The notes under the pieces are model-generated. The model made no database searches, had not been told where the DNA came from, and was given only the letters and a program-made list of their open reading frames with translations. Shown piece after piece: positions 1 through 9,959 of a stretch of DNA of 20,111 nt (position 1 is its first letter; every line of letters starts with the position of its first letter). The DNA is taken from the NCBI GenBank assembly GCA_943704415.1, contig CALSCO010000122.1:62001-82111 (forward strand). Direction: 5' to 3'. Both the position numbers and the translations under genes were made by a program. The stretch comes from Parvularia atlantis. Taxonomy: Eukaryota.

Positions 1-1259
<1,259 letters not shown>

Positions 1260-2348
1260 ATGCGCGCCGCGTTCGCGTTCGCCCTCGCCCTCGCCTGCGC
1301 GCTCGCGCTCGCCGTCCCTGCGCAGCGGCTTCGCGCGGGCCCCGTCGTGCTCTGGTCGAACACGGACAGGTGCGACGAGCAGCGAGTGGCGCGCGCGCGC
1401 GCTGGCAGAGACCGAGCTGATGCGCCGCGGGCTCGCAGCCTCGCCGACGTCAACGGGCAGGCCGCGGCAGTCACGGCGCGCCAGCTGCGCGACGTGGTCG
1501 AGCTCGCGGTGCGGCGCCACAACGGTGGCGACGTCGTCGTGCTCGCGGACCAGTCGGTGCGCGCCCGCCCGCCCGCACGCGCTTTTGCGCCGCGCCACGC
1601 CGTTCACACGGGCCGCAGAGCGTCGCGCCGCAGATGGCCCGCCTGCTGCAGACGGACAACGCGGCCGCCGTCGCGCTCAAGGCACGTGACGGCACTCTGC
1701 AGGACGGCCCTGCTGACACGCGCGCGCCCGGGCGGCACAGAGCGTCGTCAACTCGGCCCGCACGCGCGCCACGCTTGCCAACGTGGACGCGTCGGGCGCG
1801 TCGATCGCTCAGCAGCTGGTGCAGTTCCTCGCTGCCGCCTCGCCCGCCAGCGAGGTCGTGCGCATCGACGCGGCCGGTGCGCGGCCGAGCATCGTGCGAA
1901 AACGCGTCTCACGCGCGCACGTCAGCCGACCTCCAGACGCTCGCGCGCTCGGCCGCGCGCCCGCGCGTCTTTGTCGTCGACGTGCCGGCCGTGGGCGGTC
2001 TTGGTGCGTTGCGCGGGAGGGGCATGCGGGTTGGTGTCCTGACGCGCCCCGGCAGAGGCCGCGCTCGAGGCGCTCCAGGGCGCGTTTAGCGCGGACACGG
2101 CGCCGTTCGTGGCCGTGTACGCCGGCGACGCGCCCGTGGGCAAGATCGCGGCGGCGGGCCGGACGACGCGCGCGGTGGCGGAAGACCGGACCAAGGGCGT
2201 GTTTGAGAAGTACTCTTTCTTCAACCCGGCCATCTGGATGGGGCTGCTGACGGTGGTCGTGCTGCTCGTGGTCGCGATTGTCGGCTTCAACGGGCTGTCC
2301 TCACTGCAGACGCCGACGCAGTTTGAGAAGAAGCCGCTGAGCAGCTAA
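1260..2348 (+). CDS. V-ATPase accessory subunit Ac45/ATP6AP1-Voa1/Big1-like type I membrane protein
   Basis: Signal peptide MRAAFAFALALACALALA followed by PVVLWS. Six exons, with intron 1682-1740 GC-AG. C-terminus GVFEKYSFFNPAIWMGLLTVVVLLVVAIVGFNGLSSLQTPTQFEKK matches the Ac45-VOA1 TM signature (FFxPxIxMGL...L.SLQTP..FE). TAA at 2346-2348. Confidence 0.8.
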
Positions 2349-2429
2349 GCGCGGGGGCCCGTGTCTCGCTGTTCAGATGTGTTTTGTGTGTGGTCTGTGC
2401 ACGAACGCGACACACATACACACACACGG

Positions 2430-4681
2430 CTATCCTGCTGGCCGCTGTGGCGGTTCGGACGGTTCGGCCGGCGGCCGGCTTGCTGCCGGCTCACTGGCTG
2501 CGGCCTGCTGGCCGTCTGCTGGTCCAGGCTCACGCGCCGTCTTGCCTGCCACTTCGCCCGCCGTCTCGCCTGCCCCTTCGCTCGCCGTCTCGCCTTCCCC
2601 TCCGCCCGCCGTCTCGCCTGCCCCTCCGCTCGCCGTCTCGCCTGCCCCTCCGCTCGCCGTCTCGCCTGCCCCTCCGCTCGCCGTCTCGCCCGCCATCTCG
2701 CCTGCTCCGCCGCCCGCCGTCTCGCCCGCCGTCTCGCCTGCCCCTCCGCTCGCCGTCTCGCCCGCCATCTCGCCTGCTCCGCCGCCCGCCGTCTCGCCCG
2801 CCGGCTCTTCGCCCGCCGTCTCGCCCGCCGTGCCGGTGGACGGGTCGTCGACGACGCGCTTGGCCGCCAGCAGAGCATTCAGGTAGAGGTCGAGCATGTT
2901 CTCCCAGACGGTCGTATACATGCCCACGTCGTCGCGCGCGTACCCGGCCAGCGACGGCGCCTGCGCGACCGAGAATGTGTCCGGCACCTGGCAGCCCCCC
3001 AAAATGGCCCGCATCTGCTCGTTGATGCTGCGCACGCGCACGTTGTTATGCAGCAGGAAGCGCAGCTCGCGGTGCGGCTTGCGCGACGATGCCATGGTCG
3101 AGTTGATCGGCGCAAGCATGGGGAAGATGAAGCGCGTGCACCCGTCCTCAGCCGTAAACGCGTCCTCGAACGCCATCGCCATCGTCGTCAGGAGGTCACG
3201 CGCGCGCGCCCCCGCCCGGTGCATCTCGAGCCCGCCCGGCGTGATGATGAAGCGGTCCGGGAATCGCCGGTCGCCGTCGCCGCCCAGCCACGCGACCCTG
3301 GCCGCCGCGTCGGCGCGGCTCATGCCCATCTCCGCGAGCGTCTCGAGAGCACTGCGCGCGAGCGCGGCCTGAGCGTTGCGCGTGTTGGACGTGCCCCACC
3401 AGATGTTGGCCGTGACGAGCGTCTGCCCGTCGCTCGAGACGCAGCCGATGATCCGGTCCTGGCCCTTGACGTTCTTCTCCAGGAACGAGCCCGCGCGAAG
3501 GTGCTCGCACAGGGCTTTGAACATGTCCGGGAAGTGCGTGTTGCCAAAGAGCGCAATCCACTCTCCTCGCAGCTCCGCGGCCAGGTTGATGCGCGGGCCG
3601 TCGCTCGTCGGCGACCCATCAGCCCCAACGTTGCCCAGTCGCACCTTGGGCGAGCGCAGGCGGCACGCGTACGGGTAGTAGGTGATATACTGCGCGTCCC
3701 AAAAGCCCGGCAGCGCGACGGTGTTGCGCTGGCCGCCAGACAGGTACGTGTCGCACGTAACGAGGTTCTGCCGGGCCAGGATGAGCGCGTTGAACGAGCC
3801 CGGCCGCGCGCGCTGCCGGTCCTGCGTCTGCTTCATCGTCGTCGCGTACTCGTCCACGGCCGAGAGCGCGAGCAGGGCCGCCTTGTGCGCGACCGAGACC
3901 GAGAGCGGGCTGTTGCGGACGTGGTCGTTGAGCTCGCGCGCCGGATACTGCGCCCGCTCGCCGTTCGCGTCCTGCTGCAGCTGGTCGTAGAACGTGGCCT
4001 CGTTGTCGACCTCAGCCAGCGCGCGCGTGAAGTTATACAGCTGCAGCCGTACATGCACGTCGTACGTTGCCGTCACCGCAGGCAGGGCAAACTCGACGCG
4101 CCATCCGTGCGTGCCCTCGGGCGCACGCCGCGGTGTCGCCGCGAGGACCGTCGCCTTGCTCATGACCAGCACGTTGAGCACGCTCGCGTCCACCGCTGCG
4201 CACAGCACGCTCCCGCGGCACGCCGTCGCGCACGAGAGCTCGGGCGCGCCGCCGATCGTGAGCGCGTACCAGTGCGGCGCCGCGGCCCGCGCGACGATCG
4301 ATAGCTCGGCGAGCTCGGCCGGCGGCTCGGTCAGGCGCACGAGCTCGCTCGCCTGGAACAGGGCCGCGGGCGAGGACCGCGCGAGCTCGAGCAGCTCGGG
4401 CGCATCGCACGGCATCGACGGGCCCGTGGCTTCGCTGCCGGCGCCCGCGACCGGCGGCCGCCGCATCGCCACCATCCGGTTGAGGAACTCCTGCACGGCT
4501 GCGCGCTGCTGCGTTTGCACGACGTGCGCGGGCGGTGCGGTCGCTCGCGGCGGTGCATTCACGTCCGGTGCCGTAAGCCGTCCCAGGCGCAGCACGTTGA
4601 CGCGAAAGTCGGCCGATTTGGAGTCGACGCCCCTCGCTTGCTCTTCTTCTTCTTCTGCTGCTGCTGCTGGTGCTGCAGTGG

Positions 4682-4712
<31 letters not shown>

Positions 4713-5106
4713 ATCCGGCTGCTTGGCATCGGCCTCGGGCGCCAGGTAGCGCCGGCGCGCACCGAGGTTGACAGCGTCAGCGACGACGGCAGTCTGCTGC
4801 GTCGCGCGGCGACCAGAGAGTTAAGCGGCGCCAACCGCGCACGACACGCCGGCGCACCGGTTCGACGACAGCGGACGCGCTGCTCGGACGCGCCTCGTCG
4901 TCGCGGTTGATTGCCGTGCCCCGCAGCACAAGAAAGTCGCGCCGCCCGACGCCCCGCCGCGCCGGCGCGCCCGCACCGGGCACGCGCTCGAGGCCGCTGC
5001 TAGCGCCGAGGGTCTGCGCGTACGCGAGGAGCATGACGCCGACGCAGGTCGTGCCCAGCAACAGCAGCGCCAGCAGGCGGCTGAGCGGGTCGCGTGGCCG
5101 TGTCAT
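2430..5106 (-). CDS. Type II membrane protein of about 870 aa with a probable Ig-like domain, an NXPE/PC-esterase (SGNH-like) domain and an acidic repeat tail
   Basis: Exon 1 (5106-4858) has an N-terminal TM (LLALLLLGTTCVGVMLLAYA). Intron 4857-4797 leads into exon 2 (4796-2430), the frame of the 721-aa ORF. YYPYACRL...LRGEWIALFGNTH...MFKALC resembles the PC-esterase W.P..C.L / L.G..I.F.GDS block. Gene is solid; family call is tentative. Confidence 0.6.
2535..2831 (-). repeat. Coding 24-nt minisatellite (CGCCGTCTCGCCTGCCCCTCCGCT on +) encoding about 12 GETA(S/G)GGA units
   Basis: Directly visible tandem array with near-identical units plus 12-nt half units (GEMA/GETA). Confidence 0.95.
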
Positions 5107-5193
5107 CGCCCGTGCAGCCCAAGCCAATCAAAAGCTAGCGCGCGGTTCAGGATGGCCCTCCAAGACTCTTTCCTCTTCACAGACTGCGTCTCA

Positions 5194-7012
5194 TCAGTCG
5201 GCGTCTTCCTCGACGATCACCGCGGCCGACGGGAACAGGTTGACCGAACGCAGCGTGGCCGTGAGGTCCTTGAGGATGATCCGCGGCACGTTGGTGCGCA
5301 GCCGGTACGTCTTCAGCGCCTGCTCCTTCGTGTCGACGTAGTCGTACAGCTTCTGCGGGGCCGCGCGCGCGTCAGACCTGGCCGCGGTGCGCGTCTGCAA
5401 TCGCCCGCGCACCTGAATCGTCGTGTCCCGATGGAATCTCCGCTCGATGCGCGTGCCGTCCGAGAGGCGCACCGAGATCTTGGTGATGTCGGGCTCGTTC
5501 GCGGTCGGCTCGGGCGGCAGCTCCTTCTCCTTCTGCGAGCGCTGCTGCTTCTCGCACTGCAGCAACCGCACACGCGTCAGCCCACACGCACGGCCAGGCG
5601 CCGCCCCTCACCTCGGCCCGCTCGCGCTCCTCCCGGATCAGCCGCTCCGCCTCGGCAAGCTCGCGCTCGCGCGCCTCCCGCTCCTCGCGCGCTTTGCGCT
5701 CCTGCGCACTCCGCGTCAGCAGCAGCACGCACACACCGGCCCCGTGCACGCGCGCACCTTCTCCTGGTCTGCCCTTAGCGCGTCGCGGTACTCGCGCTCC
5801 TGCTCCTCGCGCAGCTGCCGCTCGCGCTCGCGCGCCTCCCTGCGGCCGCCATGAGCATCGCGCCACGGTCGAGCGTCCACACACACGCGCGCACCGCTCT
5901 ACGCGCGTGGCCTGTAGCGACTCGACCAGCCGCTCGACCACCGACGATAGCCGGTCGATCAGCTCCTCGGGCGCGATCGCGCCCTCGACGCGCGCGACGA
6001 TCGCCATGCGCGAGTTGACCTGCGCGATCACGGCCAGGAACGGGTACGACGTTGCGCCGAGCGTCTCGGACACTGGCAAGGGCCATGAGCACACGCGCGC
6101 ACACGGACGCAGCGGCCACGCGCACCGCGGTACGCCTCGGCGTCGACCACGTTGCCTGCCCAGACGATGACGTCGTGCGAGACGACGTAGTCGCACAGGG
6201 CCTGGTTGGCGAGCGTGATTCTGTCGCGCGACCCCTCAGCACGGCGGCTCGCTCGTGCACGCGCGCCGCCTGCGTGTGCACCTGCAGAAGGTGTCGACGT
6301 CTTGATGGTCGGCGCAGTGCAGGTACACCACAAACAGCTTGAGTGACTGCTTGGCCGTGTTGAGCGCCTGCCGTGCGCCAACCGGAGAGGATCAGTGCTG
6401 CGTGCCGCACAGATGGCGGGCGCGCGTGCCTGCATGTACGAGCCCGCGAAGAACGGCGGATGAACGGTCCCGTACAGCTGCTCAAACTCGATCGTGAAGC
6501 GGTTGGCGGCCGCTGCCGGGTCTGCGGGGCGCCGGTCCGGGTCGGTGATGCGCAGGCCCGTCCAGTGCGCCAGCTGTCGGCTTAGGAAGTGCAGCCCGAA
6601 GAAGTCCATGACGCTCGTGGTGCGCGCCGCTGGATGCGCGCCCGCGCGTGAGGCGAGGGCGAGCAGACCGCGTGCACGCGCGCGTACCCAGCAGGTGCAC
6701 GAGCGACCAGACGAGCGAAAACACCTGCCGCGTCCAGTACTGCGGGGCGGGGTGAGAGGGGCACTGCGGCTCGTGCGTTCGCGGCAACGCACCCCGCCAA
6801 CGGCGTTCCGTCTCGCGCCGTTGGTCGCGACGCCGTTTGCACCACTGCGTGCGGGGTGTCAGGGCTGCCGCACGCGCAGCACAGCGGCTGGTGCGCACCC
6901 CGCGCCCGACCCCGAGCCACGGTTACCGCCGCTGCCGCTGCTGCTGTCGCCGCCGCTGCTGCTGTCACCCGCGCTGTTGCGCAACGGCCGCTTGCCTGGT
7001 CGTGCGCGTGAG

Positions 7013-7044
<32 letters not shown>

Positions 7045-7450
7045 GCTGCTGTCGACGGCGCGCCGCACCGTCTGTGGTGCCCGCCGCGTACGGCGGCGGC
7101 GGGTGCGAGTCGTCCATCGTAGCCGCGTCGCGCTCGTCGAACGCGCCCTGCACCGCGCGCTGCCGTGACAGGCCCGTCAGCACGACGCGTGGGGCGCACG
7201 CACGTTCGCGCACGGCGCACACGCACCTGCAGGTCCCAGCGGTAGTGGCTCAGCAGGCCGCGGCAGCGCTCAATGTCGTCAATGCCCGTGAACGTCTGCG
7301 CACGTGTGGCGCGGGGGGGCCGCGGCCACGTCAGAGGTCACGGCGCGCGAAGCGCGCGCGCGCGGTGGCCACACCGCGAAGCTCGTGATGAGCGCGTCGA
7401 CGTCGACCGCGTTGCCCTGCGCGTCCACCACGCGCTCGCCCGCGTCTGCG

Positions 7451-7487
<37 letters not shown>

Positions 7488-7509
7488 CCGAAGACCCGAC
7501 ACTGTCCAT
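5194..7509 (-). CDS. FAF2: FAF2/UBXD8/Ubx2-type p97 adaptor (UBA-like, membrane hairpin, UAS, coiled coil, UBX)
   Basis: About 14 exons. UBA-like FA/TFTGIDDIERCRGLLSHYRWDLQ/RAV; hydrophobic YWTRQVFSLVWSLVHLL; UAS FEQLYGTVHPPFFAGSYMQ/ALNTAKQSLKLFVVYLH...YPFLAVI; coiled coil RQLREEQEREYRDALRADQEK; UBX ISVRLSDGTRIERRF...LYDYV...TNVPR...LFPSAAVIVEE. Intron 6429-6368 is GC-AG. Confidence 0.92.
7014..7043 (+). repeat. G30 homopolymer (C30 in the transcript) inside a FAF2 intron (6996-7068)
   Basis: Directly visible. On the minus strand it is flanked by a GTGCGG donor, a CTCAC branch point and a CAG acceptor. Confidence 0.9.
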
Positions 7510-7529
7510 TGCGCTGTCTACCACATAGA

Positions 7530-8891
7530 TCACAAGTCAGTTAGCCTTTGCCACCCAGCGAGGCTGGTGCTTCGATCCCGCTTCACGGGTCCTGCGGCGC
7601 GCCTGCCGTGAGCGCGAGACACGAGAGGTGGCCAGCAGGCGCACCAGCCGTCGAGCACCCACTCGCCCGTGTGCCGGTCAAACTCCTTGAACTTCTGTAG
7701 CGTCACCTTGAGGCCCTCGCGCACGGCGCAGGCCGCGTGCCAGGTGCGCGGGTTAACGTGCCCGTCGGCGTGGCGGCTCGCAAACACGACCGCGGCCCCG
7801 CGCTTCGGCCGCACGCGCAGCGCCGGCAGCTCCTCGCGGCAGATGGCGTTGGTCAGGCGCACGGCCGTGTCGTTCCAGTGGTCCGGAAAAAGGACGTGGC
7901 GCTGCTCTGTGCCGTTGCCGCGCCGTCGCGCTTCGCCAAAGCCACGGTCGCGGCGCACGCGCATCGCTCACGCACCGGTCTCGTATGCGCGCGTAAACGT
8001 CTGCGCCAGGTCGCGGTTGACCGGGTGCTCGCCCGCCTGCGGGTCCGCTGCGCCGTCCCATCAATCAGCGGCCGTTGCGCACGACGACGACGGCAGCGCG
8101 CTCGCGCACCGAGCGCCGGGAAGACCGTGTGCCCACCGCGCGGCACGTCGGCGAGGTAGATGACGGCGGTCATGATGCGGTTGATTGCGCCGTTCGTGTC
8201 GTGGTGCACCTGGCGCGCGCGCGCGCGCGCGTGAGATCGACGAGCCGTGCTCGTTCGTCCTTCACGTGCGTTGGTGAACTCGTTGCCGGCGCGGTCGAAC
8301 GGCGTCGTCGTGGTGAACGAGAGCATGAGGTCGAGCTCCTCTGGCGTGCGCGCCTGCGTCAGCAGCGCGTGCGCCGCAACACAACGGGCGCAGATCGGCA
8401 CCATCGTGCGGCGGGACGAGCGTCGCCAGCGACACCTTCTCCTCGATGCGCCGGATGACGGGGTGGCGCTTGTCCTCGGCGCTCTCAAAGTACACACTGC
8501 GGTGCGGTCGCGCCCCGTTGCGTCGGTCTGCATGCGCGCGCACGCCGCAGCCGTGCACGCACGTCAGACGCGGCAGGCTGCGCCACGTCGGCCCGTGCTT
8601 GCGCTCGAGCATCGCCCCGCCGCGCGCGAGCACGTAGTCAACCTCCTCGCCCGTCAGGAACGACGGGTAGTAGAAGATTCGGTCGTCCCACGAGAGCACC
8701 TGCATCCCGCGCCGGAAGTCGGGCTCGTCCGCTGTCGCAGCGCCGCGCAATCGGGCCGCATCGGGCCACAGCTGCACGGCCGCGAGCGTCGCCAGCACCG
8801 CGGCGAGCACCACGCCGGCGAGGTGCGCCGCTGTGAGCGTGCCGCGCGCGGCCGGGCGCGCAGAACGCGGGTCGCTCTTTGGTGCGCCCAT
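7530..8891 (-). CDS. Prolyl 4-hydroxylase-like Fe(II)/2-oxoglutarate dioxygenase, membrane anchored
   Basis: N-terminal TM (HLAGVVLAAVLATLAAVQLW); QVLSWDDRIFYYPSFLTGEEVD; VIRRIEEKVS; HxD motif VHHDT...RIMTAVIYLADVPRGGHTVFP; LRVRPKRGAAVVF...TWHAACAVREGLK. About 7 exons; TGA at 7532-7530. Confidence 0.9.
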
Positions 8892-8910
8892 TGTGCGAAT
8901 CAAGTGCCAG

Positions 8911-9865
8911 TCACTCTGCAGCCTCTCTTGCGGCCTTGCGCTGCTGTTTCCGCAGCTTCTTGGCTCTCCTGCGCTCCTCAGCGCTGCCCTCGGCCATCTC
9001 TGCCACCGTGTCCGCGGCCGCGCCGCTCTTGCGCTGGAAGTAGCTGTACATGTCTTGCGACGCCGTGCGGGTGGGCAGCACGTCGTCGTCGTCGCTGCCG
9101 GCCTTGCCGCGCTGGCTGAAGCCGACAAAGGCGCGCCCGGCGCCATCCTCGTCCTCGTCCTCGCCCTCGGCCGGCTCGACCGCGTCGTCCTCGGCGCCGC
9201 GCCGCTTCAGCAATGGCGACGCCCCGTCCGCGGCGGCCGCGGTCACGACGCCCTTGCGCGCCGTCGCGAAGATCTCAGCCATGTCCTTCTCCTTGTACCG
9301 GCTGAGGTCCTTGCCGCGCAAAAACTTTCCGTAGCTGTCGTACGCGCGCGACCGCAACGGTGAGGCCCGAGACCGCGGGCAGGCGCGCGGCGCACGCACA
9401 GCCCGTTGCGCTTCGTCTGCACCTTGGCCGCGGCGGGCTTGCTCGGCTTCTCCTTGGCCGCTACTTGCTGCGCACCTGTCGGCTCAACGGACTGGTTGAG
9501 CGACGCCAGCAGGCTGTCAAACGCGGTCGTGTTCTCGAGCCAGTTGTCGCTCGCGTTGCGCGCGGCCCCGATGCCTGCGCAGCGTCAGCGTCCGCAGCGC
9601 GCTCGCAAGGAGGCCACGGCGCGCACCGGCGTTATCGCGCTTAATCGACACCTTGATGTGCGACGACACGCCGTCCTCGCGCGCCCCGAGGCCCTTGCCC
9701 TCGGACCAGCCCATCTTCTGCAGCATCTTGAGCCCAAACTTGCCCTTGTCTGCGCAAGCGGTCAGCGCGTTCGAGGGGGCTGCCGCGCGGGGGCGCACCG
9801 CGCTCCCAGGCCACGTTCTGTGGGTCCAGCGACAGGCGCTGCTTCTTGCGCGGCTCAGCCAGCAT
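8911..9865 (-). CDS. PINX1: PinX1/Pxr1 G-patch protein
   Basis: MLAEPRKKQRLSLDPQNVAWER/DKGKFGLKMLQKMGWSEGKGLGAREDG...IKVSIKRDNAGIGA...DNWLENTTAFDSLLASLN...YGKFLRGKDLSRY...DMAEIF...MYSYFQRK, with a basic tail. Four coding exons. Confidence 0.93.
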
Positions 9866-9959
9866 CGCGGCCACCCTGCACATGCACGCGCGCACGGTGA
9901 GCACGGCCACGTGGCACCTCCGACTCAGTCCCACTGTCACGCAATCGACTTTCGACGAG

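Noticed and set aside
2535..2831. Regular repeat array resembling a CRISPR array
   Set aside because: Units are contiguous with no unique spacers, lie in frame in a CDS, and there are no cas genes; the DNA is eukaryotic.
2361..4304. 647-aa + strand ORF and other long Arg/Ala-rich ORFs (e.g. 12564-14027 +, 12401-13564 +, 10168-11112 +)
   Set aside because: Antisense or off-frame shadows of real genes; stop codons are scarce at this GC content and the translations have no recognisable motifs.
7014..7043. Poly-Pro/poly-Gly coding run or frameshift in FAF2
   Set aside because: It falls within a canonical GT-AG intron (7068-6996) whose removal restores the frame.
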